Position numbers and translations under genes: made by a program. A DNA stretch of 63,607 bases, the filler included. It is 9 parts of 9 records of this genome, joined end to end, with 100 filler letters (N's around TTAATTAATTAA, not from the genome) between each part and the next. Parts side by side here need not be neighbours in the genome. Positions count along the whole stretch, not along the records: positions 32,230 to 37,670 come from SRR31156797_50102; positions 37,771 to 45,801 come from SRR31156797_50103; 7 more parts are not named here. One strand, given 5' to 3'. This document shows positions 32,412 through 40,657 of this stretch, one piece after another; positions within the stretch are counted from its first letter, which is position 1, and each line of letters opens with the position of its first letter. The notes under the pieces were generated by a model, which saw nothing but the letters and a program-made list of their open reading frames with translations, did not search any database and had not been told where the DNA came from.

Positions 32412-33104
32412 ATGACACCTGAAAAATGGGTAACGGACCTGGGGCTGATCGACTACCAGGCGGCCTATGATCTCCAGCGGCGGATCTCCCTCGCTAAAAC
32501 AGAGGGAGATCTTGCCCCGGATGTGATCCTGGTGCTCGAGCATCCCCCGGTCTTCACCCTTGGCAAGAGAGGCGGCGCTGAGAACCTCAGGGTCGCCCCC
32601 GCCTTTCTTACGGAAAAGGGGATCTCCGTGGTCCCCACCCGGCGGGGCGGGAACATCACCTACCACGGACCGGGCCAGATCGTTGTCTACCCCATTGTGG
32701 ATATCGGCCGGGCCGGCATCGGGGTGGCCGACTTTGTCAACGCCCTGGAGGAGACCATGATCCGTACCTGCAGGTCCTTTGGGGTGAAGGCGGCCCGGAA
32801 TTCCATGAACCACGGCATCTGGGTGGAAAACGACAAGATCGGCAGCATCGGTCTTGCCGTCAGGCACGGGGTCTGCCACCACGGCCTGGCCCTGAACGTC
32901 AACCTGGATCTCACTCCTTTTTCCTGGATCAACCCCTGCGGCCTCCAGGGCGTGGGCATGACTTCCATGGCCCGGGACCTGGGCAGGGAAAAGGACCCGG
33001 AAATGACTGACACCGTAAAAAAACATTTACTTGAAAACCTGGGGCAGGTCACCGGGTTCTCTTTCAAAAATGTGACACCGGAACAACTCAAAAAGGCGAT
33101 TTAA
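32412..33104 (+). CDS. lipB: Octanoyltransferase
   Basis: 'EHPPVFTLG', 'RGGNITYHGPGQ', 'HGLALNV', 'INPCG'. Confidence 0.96.
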   Translation: MTPEKWVTDLGLIDYQAAYDLQRRISLAKTEGDLAPDVILVLEHPPVFTLGKRGGAENLRVAPAFLTEKGISVVPTRRGGNITYHGPGQIVVYPIVDIGRAGIGVADFVNALEETMIRTCRSFGVKAARNSMNHGIWVENDKIGSIGLAVRHGVCHHGLALNVNLDLTPFSWINPCGLQGVGMTSMARDLGREKDPEMTDTVKKHLLENLGQVTGFSFKNVTPEQLKKAI

Positions 33105-33124
33105 GCAAATAATCCAACCGGCCC

Positions 33125-33988
33125 ATGGAGAGGATCATGAAAAAAGCAAAACCAGACTGGCTGAAACGTAAACTTCCCACCGGACCGGAGTATGAAAAGG
33201 TGAGGCATCTCCTGTCTTCCTGCAAGCTCCACACCGTGTGTCAGGAAGCAAAATGCCCCAACATGTGGGAGTGCTTCTCAAAGCGGACCTCCACCTTCAT
33301 GATCCTCGGCTCCCAATGCACGCGGAACTGCCGGTTCTGCAACGTCACCGGCGGTGCCCCGGAGATCCTCGACCCCAACGAGCCCCTCCGGGTGGCCAGG
33401 GCCGCAAAGGAGCTGGGCCTGAAATACGTGGTGGTCACCTCGGTCACCCGGGACGATCTCACGGACGGCGGGGCCGCCCATTTTGTCGAAACCATACAGG
33501 CCATCCGCGCCGCCGTGGATGGGGTGGGCGTTGAAGTACTCATTCCGGATTTCCAGGGAAATGTTGACGCGTTGAAAATGGTATTGAAAGCAAAACCGGA
33601 TGTGCTGAACCACAATATCGAAACGGTGCCCTCACTGTATGCCGGTGCAAGGCCTGAAGCCGATTATCAGCAGTCCCTTGATCTTTTGCAGAATGCTAAA
33701 ATCATGGACGCTTCAATCCCTGTCAAATCGGGTCTCATGGTCGGGCTTGGGGAAACCGTGGAAGAACTGGAACAGACCATGGCGGATCTTTATCGTCATG
33801 GCTGTGATATCCTTACCATGGGGCAATATCTTCAGCCCTCAAGGGCCCACCTGGCGGTTCAGAAATACTATTCTCCTGAGGAATTCAAACAGCTTGAAGA
33901 AAAAGCCCGGCAAATCGGGTTCAAGAAAGTCGCTGCCGGACCTTTTGTTCGAAGCTCCTACAATGCCCAGGATCTGTTTGACGCCTGA
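33125..33988 (+). CDS. lipA: Lipoyl synthase
   Basis: 'CQEAKCPNMWEC', 'CTRNCRFC', 'VRSSY'. Confidence 0.98.
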   Translation: MERIMKKAKPDWLKRKLPTGPEYEKVRHLLSSCKLHTVCQEAKCPNMWECFSKRTSTFMILGSQCTRNCRFCNVTGGAPEILDPNEPLRVARAAKELGLKYVVVTSVTRDDLTDGGAAHFVETIQAIRAAVDGVGVEVLIPDFQGNVDALKMVLKAKPDVLNHNIETVPSLYAGARPEADYQQSLDLLQNAKIMDASIPVKSGLMVGLGETVEELEQTMADLYRHGCDILTMGQYLQPSRAHLAVQKYYSPEEFKQLEEKARQIGFKKVAAGPFVRSSYNAQDLFDA

Positions 33989-34111
33989 TTAAAAAATATC
34001 TCTTATTCTGGGCTGTTTGTTTAGATAAGTAATGGTATTGTTATTGAAATAGCAAATAAATACTGTTTTACAGCAATATCCTCCAAGCAATTTAAGGCAA
34101 ATCAGAGTATA

Positions 34112-34185
34112 TACTTACAAGCCACACCCCGGGTGACCGGGGGCCGGAAAGCCACGGATCTTTAAAAAGACAGCCGGGTTGCAGC
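34112..34185 (+). ncRNA. c-di-GMP-I (GEMM-I) riboswitch aptamer
   Basis: P2 CCCCGG-GTGA-CCGGGG (GNRA loop), junction CGGAAAGCC, P3 ACGGATCT...AGACAGCCGGGTTGC. Confidence 0.85.
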
Positions 34186-34210
34186 CATTGCAGCCCGGCT
34201 GTCTTTGTTG
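34166..34210 (+). terminator. Riboswitch expression-platform terminator
   Basis: AAAGACAGCCGGGTTGCA-GCCAT-TGCAGCCCGGCTGTCTTT followed by GTT; overlaps the aptamer 3' strand. Confidence 0.75.
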
Positions 34211-34264
34211 AAGTCTCGTGATATGTACGAACCAATAATTTTGTTTTTGGAGGTGCACAACCAA

Positions 34265-34981
34265 ATGAAGAAAACAGCAAAAATCCTTATGACAGCAGTA
34301 CTCTTTTTACTGGTATCCATGGCCGGTCTTGCTGGCGCAAGCCCCTATCAGAATTTTGATTTCGATGATATTGATTTATGGGTCGGAGAAGGAAGCAACC
34401 AGGCGGCCCTGGTCATTGACTGGAACGACGATAAAAATCCCCAGTCCGTTGCCTGGGGATATCGCTGGGATGGTGAAGCTTCCGGAGAAGATATGTTGAG
34501 AGCCGTCGCAGGCTCCGGTCTGCTCAGGCTCAGGGATGGTGGTGAAACCCTTGGCACCTGGAACGACGGTGCGGATTCCAAACTCTATGCAAGATTCACC
34601 GAATGGAACAACGGAATGGGAAGAACCGTACTGGGACTGGGCTATGATATCAATGGCAACGGAAGCGGTTTTGTCCCGGGGTATGAAGGCGGAGAGGACG
34701 GTCATGCCACCGATTCTGCGGATCATTACTTTGAAGGGTGGTTCACTGGCTACTGGAGCTACTGGGTGTCCGATGAGAATAAAGACTGGGGTTATTCAGG
34801 CCTGGGAATGACCGGGAGAAAGCTTAGCAACGGGTCCTGGGACGGCTGGAGCGCTCTCCCCGGTTTCGCCGGAGGTTCTCCGGACCATCCGGTTGCCCCC
34901 GTACCCGTACCTGCTGCCATCTGGCTTCTCGGTTCAGGCCTTGTGGGGCTTATGGGTGTCAGGAAAAGATCAAGCCATTAA
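34265..34981 (+). CDS. Exosortase-target (VPLPA/PEP-CTERM-type) surface protein
   Basis: RBS GGAGG, signal peptide, C-terminal 'VPVPAAIWLLGSGLVGLMGVRKR'. Confidence 0.9.
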   Translation: MKKTAKILMTAVLFLLVSMAGLAGASPYQNFDFDDIDLWVGEGSNQAALVIDWNDDKNPQSVAWGYRWDGEASGEDMLRAVAGSGLLRLRDGGETLGTWNDGADSKLYARFTEWNNGMGRTVLGLGYDINGNGSGFVPGYEGGEDGHATDSADHYFEGWFTGYWSYWVSDENKDWGYSGLGMTGRKLSNGSWDGWSALPGFAGGSPDHPVAPVPVPAAIWLLGSGLVGLMGVRKRSSH

Positions 34982-35045
34982 CAGGGGCGTTCAACACGCT
35001 TCAGTATAAGAGCCGGGAATCGTAACCACCCGGAAAAAGATAAAG

Positions 35046-35090
35046 AGAGCCGGACGGCATAGACATGCTGCCCGGCTCTTCTCTTTTTCT
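35046..35090. terminator. Terminator between convergent genes
   Basis: AGAGCCGG..GGCAT-AGAC-ATGCT..CCGGCTCT with a U-rich tail. Confidence 0.7.
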
Positions 35091-35095
35091 TCCGG

Positions 35096-35653
35096 TCATT
35101 CCAGGGTGATATGCACATGTAATTCCTCTTCGAGCTGATGAAGCCTTTGCTCTACGTTTTCCAGGGATACGGTCGGGGGCATTTCAACCAAAAGAGACAA
35201 ATGGTAAATGGGTGCTCCGCTTTCCGGTGAAAATTTCACATCCGACTTCAGGGTGGCGATGTTGATCTCGTTATCGGCAAGAAAACGGCTCACTTTGTAT
35301 ACAATGCCGGCATGATCCTGGCCTTCCACGTGCAGGTTCTTCGTATGGAAAACGGTTTTCGGTTCCCTTTCCGGGTGGGTTATGGGCCGTATATAGGCGG
35401 TGATACCTTTTTCCCTTTCCAGGCGGCGGCATTCAGTGGCGAGCTTTTCTTCCAGGTCGGTTCCCGCATCGGCCGACAGGGGGGAAAATAGTAAAATGAT
35501 GGCAAACTCCCCGGCCAGGTTAGTCATGGTGGAATCTTCCAGATTACACTCGTTTTTGTAGATGATTTCGGAAATATCGGCGACGATGCCGGGCCTGTCT
35601 TCGCAAAAAGCGGTTAGTACGAATTTTTTTAACATGGGGTTTCTTTTTTTCAC
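35096..35653 (-). CDS. Double-ACT-domain protein (GcvR-like)
   Basis: 'EDRPGIV' and 'QDHAGIV'. Confidence 0.85.
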   Translation of the reverse strand: MKKRNPMLKKFVLTAFCEDRPGIVADISEIIYKNECNLEDSTMTNLAGEFAIILLFSPLSADAGTDLEEKLATECRRLEREKGITAYIRPITHPEREPKTVFHTKNLHVEGQDHAGIVYKVSRFLADNEINIATLKSDVKFSPESGAPIYHLSLLVEMPPTVSLENVEQRLHQLEEELHVHITLE

Positions 35654-35683
35654 TCCTTTGTGTTGTAATATATTTTATGTTTT

Positions 35684-36937
35684 TTATTCTTCAGGTATCT
35701 GGTATTCCACCCGCACGGTCACGATTTTGCCCTTGGAAAATTTCCACACTTCGATGGGGGCCAGTACATCACCGTTTTCGTCGAAATCCACCGAACCGGA
35801 AGCACCTTCGTAATTTATGTTCTTGCCTTGCCTGAGCAAATCAAAGGCCTTTTTAAATTCACCGGGAGCGATGAAGTTCCCGGGCGGATTTGATACCAGC
35901 CTGAGCTGATCCCGTATGAATCTGGAGTTCATGGGCAAGCCTTTTACTTTTGCGGCATAGGCGGCAAGACCGGTCAGGGCGGCGGCATCATAGGCGTTGG
36001 CAATGAATGGAGCCGTGGGAAGGTCCCCGAACTCGGCCTTGAAAGCAACGGTGAAATTCGCATAGGACTCTCCGCCCCCCACACCGGGCGCCGTTCCCAT
36101 CATGCCCTCGAGGTTTTCCGCGCCGACCACTTTGGCCAGTTCCTCGGACTTGCTGCCGTCGCAGAAGAGAAAGTGCTTTGCCTTGAAATGTTCGATGGCC
36201 TCTTTTACATAAACCTTGGCGTGCTCGGGGTAACTGAAAACGCAAAGAACATCGGATTTTCCCGACCGAAACGGTTTTGTCATGTAAACCCTGGCAAAGG
36301 CTTTTCTGAGATCACCAACATAGGTGGAAGCCACTTCTTCGCCATGGGGCAGGGTGGTGTAGATCATTCCCTTGCGTTTCTGGAAGGATTTTCTGAACTG
36401 ATCCGTCAGTCCCTGTCCATAGGGGTTGTTGATATGCATCACGGAGGCGCTTTTATACATGCCGGCGGCAAGTTTGCCCAGTATGACGCCCTGGAGGGCA
36501 TCGGACGGGCAGGTCCGGAACAGGAAATCCTTTTTATTGTCGGCCGGCAGAACACTGATGAACGGGGATGTGGAGCCGGGCGAGATCATCAGCACATCGT
36601 TGGGGCACGTCACGGATTCGGCGACCGGTACGGTTACACCGCTTGACCCTGAACCCAGTATGACCGCCACCTTGTCTTTTTCCACCAGTTTTTTAGCCGC
36701 TTTTTTCGCCTGTATGGCCGCAGTCCCGGAGTCTTCATGAATCAATTCCATATCGAATCCGGCGACGGCCATCTGTTTTACTGCAAGTTCCGCGGCATGC
36801 TGAAAATGGGGTCCCCAATCTTGCAGGGCACCGGTGTGATCAAACAGGGTCCCGATTTTGAGGTCCTGGCCCGGGGCATTCGACGCAGCGAATGCACAGA
36901 GCATGATCACCGATGCAATAATGATTAACCTTTTCAT
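35684..36937 (-). CDS. Branched-chain amino acid-type ABC substrate-binding protein
   Basis: Signal peptide; 'ISPGSTSP', 'FRTCPSDALQG', 'YEGASGSVDFD'. Confidence 0.9.
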   Translation of the reverse strand: MKRLIIIASVIMLCAFAASNAPGQDLKIGTLFDHTGALQDWGPHFQHAAELAVKQMAVAGFDMELIHEDSGTAAIQAKKAAKKLVEKDKVAVILGSGSSGVTVPVAESVTCPNDVLMISPGSTSPFISVLPADNKKDFLFRTCPSDALQGVILGKLAAGMYKSASVMHINNPYGQGLTDQFRKSFQKRKGMIYTTLPHGEEVASTYVGDLRKAFARVYMTKPFRSGKSDVLCVFSYPEHAKVYVKEAIEHFKAKHFLFCDGSKSEELAKVVGAENLEGMMGTAPGVGGGESYANFTVAFKAEFGDLPTAPFIANAYDAAALTGLAAYAAKVKGLPMNSRFIRDQLRLVSNPPGNFIAPGEFKKAFDLLRQGKNINYEGASGSVDFDENGDVLAPIEVWKFSKGKIVTVRVEYQIPEE

Positions 36938-37231
36938 AACTTTTCTCCTCGCTAATGGGTGTTTATAAGGCCGTTCGCCTTTTGAACGGTTTTATAAACA
37001 AATTTGAAAAGTAAATACGGCACCGGGGCTTCGTATTACTTTTTGTCCTGTGTCCTGAAAATTACCTTGTTTTTCGGCTGGACGGTCAACAGGATTTGTT
37101 CATTGAGAAAGTGATCAAGTCAAATGGGAAGAGGCCGTTATATCGGTTCAGGGAGTATTTCGGTTAACTTTAAATATACAAATTGCTTTTGAACGGGTCA
37201 AGGGATGATAGTCCCGAATGCTTTTTATCTC

Positions 37232-37670
37232 TTATCCATGGAGTGCTTTTCCTGTTCCTTTAAGGCTCACCTCGCCCATGATTTCAGCCAGTGTGGGGTG
37301 GGCATGGATGGTTTCCGCCAGGTCCGAGACCGTAAGCCCCTTGGTCACGGCCAGGGCCCCTTCGGCAATGAGATCCGTGGCATGGGGGCCGGTGATGTGA
37401 ACCCCCAGCACCCTGCCGGTTTTTTCATCCGCCACGATCTTGGCCTCCCCTGCGATCTCGCCCATGGCCTGGGCCTTGCCAAGGGTCCTGAAGTTGACCG
37501 TGGTGCAGGTCACGGCCAGGCCTTTCTTCACGGCCTCCTGTTCCGACAGGCCCACGTTGCCCACCTCGGGCATGGTAAAGACGGCGCCGGGAACGGCATT
37601 GTAATCCATGGTGCGCTCCTGGCCCATGATGTTCTCGGCGGCCACCATGGCTTCATGGGAGGCCACATGG
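37232..37670 (-). CDS. lpdA: Dihydrolipoyl dehydrogenase, C-terminal fragment
   Basis: 'FTMPEV', 'IHAHPTLAE', ends 'ALH'. Confidence 0.92.
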
Positions 37671-37770
37671 NNNNNNNNNNNNNNNNNNNNNNNNNNNNNN
37701 NNNNNNNNNNNNNNTTAATTAATTAANNNNNNNNNNNNNNNNNNNNNNNNNNNNNNNNNNNNNNNNNNNN
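37671..37770. other. Artificial contig spacer 5
   Basis: N44-TTAATTAATTAA-N44. Confidence 0.99.
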
Positions 37771-37842
37771 CCCCAAGGGGATTCGAACCCCTGTCGCAGG
37801 CGTGAAAGGCCTGTGTCCTGGACCTGACTAGACGATGGGGAC
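37771..37842 (-). tRNA. tRNA-Glu(TTC), 3' end cut by contig edge
   Basis: Reverse complement GTCCCCATCGTCTAG...CAGGC-CTTTCAC-GCCTG...GGTTCGAATCCC. Confidence 0.95.
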
Positions 37843-37923
37843 GTTATTCAGTAAAATCAATAACGTGTAAATGGTCACCGCCGAGGCGTTCGCCTCAGAT
37901 AAAGTCCGTTATATGCGCCGTGC

Positions 37924-38000
37924 TGGTGGGCCGTGGGAGAATCGAACTCCCGACCAACGGATTAAAAGTCCGCTGCTCTACCAAACTGAGCTAACGGCCC
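37924..38000 (-). tRNA. tRNA-Lys(TTT)
   Basis: Reverse complement GGGCCGTTAGCTCAG...GCGGA-CTTTTAA-TCCGT...GTTCGATTC...CACCA. Confidence 0.97.
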
Positions 38001-38014
38001 AACCAGAATTCGTT

Positions 38015-38043
38015 TTAATAGCACTTGGTTTTCTTGATGTCAA
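38015..38043 (-). promoter_or_regulatory. Sigma70 promoter of the tRNA pair
   Basis: Minus strand TTGACA-17 nt-TATTAA with TG extension. Confidence 0.75.
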
Positions 38044-38058
38044 ATATTTTTTTGAAAA

Positions 38059-39102
38059 TCAAGCCGCTATTTTCGAAATATTTTTAAGGATCAGGTTAAT
38101 CTCCTCCCGGTTGGGTTGGTAGGGGTAATTCCATTGCTGAACGTCGGGCAAGCAGTTGCCGAAGGGACGGTTGCAGGCCACATCCCCATTGTTATCCAGG
38201 CAACCGGTGGTCATGAAAGGGATGCCCGAATGGATTACCGTCTCCATGCGTTCCGGGGCCACCCCGAAGTCCACAATACGCCCTTTTTCGTTGAAAGCCA
38301 TTTGACCCGGGCTTGAAATTTCGTTTTCAATGAGATATCGGGCCAATTGAATTCGGAGATAGGTGGGCCACGGTGGCTGGGGCATGTTTCCCAGGCTGGA
38401 GTTTTCCTCGGCAAAGAAGGAAAAAAGATGGCTGTCCACCCCCATCTGCCACAGCCGGTCCATGAGCATGACCATTTCCTTTTCGCTTTCCCCCATACCC
38501 ACCATGAGGTGGGCGCCCACATTGTTTGGGCCGAATACCCGAAGACCGTTTTCCATGAACTGCCAGTATGTTTCCCAGCGATGGGGTCCCGATACCCCTT
38601 TGCCGCGATATTTGTCAAAAAGCGCGGGGGTTGCCAGGTCAAGGGCCACGCCCACCTTGTCGGCGCCGCACCGTCTTGCTTCCTGAAGGAAATCCCGATC
38701 CAAAATGGTGGGGCTGGTGAGGATGGAGACCGGCAGTCTCGTGGCCCGGGTCAGTTGTTCGGTCATGGTGAGCGTATGGGCTGCGCACTTACCGTTGGTG
38801 ATCATGGAAATGCACGTTCTTTTCACATAGCCGGGTGCCCTGTTGATGGCGTCCATAATCTCCGCCATGGAGAAGAGCGGCCATTCCACGTGAATGAAAC
38901 TCTTTTCCCGGTAGGTTCCGGGACGCTTTTTGGCAAGTCCGCAATAGGCGCAATTGGCTGAACACCCTTCGGGGTAGTGAACCAGCAGGTTGACGCATCT
39001 ATTGACGGCGCCGCGATACATTCGGTTGTGTATTAATCCCAGGGAGATGGCCGTGGCATGGCTCATCTTGGCGTAATCCGGGCTTTGTTTTTTTTGATTC
39101 AT
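38059..39102 (-). CDS. Radical SAM protein, LipS2-like (alternative lipoyl synthase subunit)
   Basis: CSANCAYC; C-terminal 'TTGC(x8)CNRP' resembles the LipS2 TxGCPxC(N/D)RP motif; lipoate-gene context. Confidence 0.72.
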   Translation of the reverse strand: MNQKKQSPDYAKMSHATAISLGLIHNRMYRGAVNRCVNLLVHYPEGCSANCAYCGLAKKRPGTYREKSFIHVEWPLFSMAEIMDAINRAPGYVKRTCISMITNGKCAAHTLTMTEQLTRATRLPVSILTSPTILDRDFLQEARRCGADKVGVALDLATPALFDKYRGKGVSGPHRWETYWQFMENGLRVFGPNNVGAHLMVGMGESEKEMVMLMDRLWQMGVDSHLFSFFAEENSSLGNMPQPPWPTYLRIQLARYLIENEISSPGQMAFNEKGRIVDFGVAPERMETVIHSGIPFMTTGCLDNNGDVACNRPFGNCLPDVQQWNYPYQPNREEINLILKNISKIAA

Positions 39103-40169
39103 CAGAGTCTTACCTGATTCTCCTTGGCCAGCAAAACAGCTTGTGTGAGGGTGGGTACGTCAATGCCGTAAATCATGTTATCATGCCACACGGCGGCAAT
39201 GTTTTCTTCAATGCGTTCCCGGCGCGCGGATGTCCATTTAAGGGCATTTTCGATTTTGTGAATATGGGCGCTGGTGGAAAAAAAATCCCCGGTGATCAGG
39301 ATGCTTTCGATGGAAGCGCCGGAAAGGGAGAGGTATATTTCCAAAAGTCCGCCCCGTGTTTTCAACTGGCCCACCCCCATTCGGGTCCTTGGATGTTTGT
39401 GGGAAAAGATCCAGTTTTCTTGGGTGTACCGTTCATCAATAAAATTCTGGATGGTGTTCTGTTCCCATAAATCGGGACTGTCCTCCTGGAATACGATCTG
39501 GAACTCTTCTTCAAAGGCCCCTTGTATGGCTTCCATGGTTTCCCGGACGGAAACCTTGCGGCCCGTTTCATGGCGCACCGTGGTCATGCGCTGGCTGAAA
39601 CAGTTGTAACCTTTGTCCTGAAATTTGACCACCGGTGTGTTCATGATGTCGGTCATGAGTTCCACATCGAAGTTCACCAGGAGACTGGTATGAAACAACA
39701 AGGTGTTGTTCTCCTCGGCGGCGGCGGATAATCCCGCGATTTTCTTACCGTTGACTTCCAGATCGTTTTTGGGTTGGAAATAGGCCTCGATTCCCAGTTT
39801 GGATAGTGCCTTTATGAGGACAATGCTTAACGATTCAAATACGCCCCCCACGCCCTTTTTCAGTCCGGGATAGTCCACGTTGATCCCGAGACCCAGCGAC
39901 ACAATTTCCGGGCCCATGATCACGGTGCCGCCCCCGGTGCTTCTTCTATTGTACTCAATGCCCCGGGCTTTACATCGGTCCAGGCGCAAGGCCGCTTCCA
40001 TATCCTGATATTTCCCCGCAATGGCCGAGGGGATAAAGGTGTAAAGGTGGAGTATGGGCGGCGAATGATGACTCCCCACCGAGCAGGGGAGGGTGTCATC
40101 CACCGCCAGGCCCCGGGCGGTGGAAACAGGTGTTTTGATATTTTTGAACAAACGCCAGGGGGTTGTCAT
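39102..40169 (-). CDS. Lipoate--protein ligase with C-terminal accessory domain
   Basis: 'RRSTGGGTV', 'PKNDLEVNGKKIAG', 'KTRGGL...ITGDFF'. Confidence 0.92.
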   Translation of the reverse strand: MTTPWRLFKNIKTPVSTARGLAVDDTLPCSVGSHHSPPILHLYTFIPSAIAGKYQDMEAALRLDRCKARGIEYNRRSTGGGTVIMGPEIVSLGLGINVDYPGLKKGVGGVFESLSIVLIKALSKLGIEAYFQPKNDLEVNGKKIAGLSAAAEENNTLLFHTSLLVNFDVELMTDIMNTPVVKFQDKGYNCFSQRMTTVRHETGRKVSVRETMEAIQGAFEEEFQIVFQEDSPDLWEQNTIQNFIDERYTQENWIFSHKHPRTRMGVGQLKTRGGLLEIYLSLSGASIESILITGDFFSTSAHIHKIENALKWTSARRERIEENIAAVWHDNMIYGIDVPTLTQAVLLAKENQVRL

Positions 40170-40171
40170 TG

Positions 40172-40618
40172 TTATGCTTTTGCCTTTTCCTCTTCCGTTT
40201 TTTTGATTTCCGCCTCAATGAAATCCGCTACGCCGTCTCCGTGAATCAGATTGCTCAACTCCTCTTTCAGGTCGTCTTCATCCTCGGCTTCGATCACCAG
40301 TATCCAGCCTTCCCCGTAAGGGTCGGAATTAATGAGGGAGGTGTCGTCCTCCAGGTCTTCGTTGATTTCAGTGATCTCTCCGGAAACAGGGGCAACCAGT
40401 TTTCCAATCCATTTTCGGGACTGAATTTTGCCGCAGGTCTCTCCCTGTTCCACCTCGTCCTCTTCTTCGGGCAGATCAACAAATACGATGTCCCCCGCCT
40501 CTTTCTGAAACATGTCGTTCATGCCGACGGTAACTTTGGTGCCCTCCACCCTGGCCCAACTGTGCTCTTCGTGGTAGTAGAGTTCGTCAGGCATGTCATA
40601 ACCTTTGATTTCAGCCAT
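40172..40618 (-). CDS. GcvH/LbpA-like lipoate-binding protein
   Basis: 'EHSWAR', 'GDIVFVDLP', lipoyl-Lys in 'QSRKWIG', 'NSDPYGEGW'. Confidence 0.92.
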   Translation of the reverse strand: MAEIKGYDMPDELYYHEEHSWARVEGTKVTVGMNDMFQKEAGDIVFVDLPEEEDEVEQGETCGKIQSRKWIGKLVAPVSGEITEINEDLEDDTSLINSDPYGEGWILVIEAEDEDDLKEELSNLIHGDGVADFIEAEIKKTEEEKAKA

Positions 40619-40657
40619 TTTTTTTAAAACCTCCCTCTAAATTAAGATGCGCAAACC

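Noticed and set aside
34112-34210. Cobalamin riboswitch
   Set aside because: Lacks the B12-box features; the fold fits c-di-GMP-I.
37871-38122. 83-aa ORF
   Set aside because: It is the antisense reading of tRNA-Lys.
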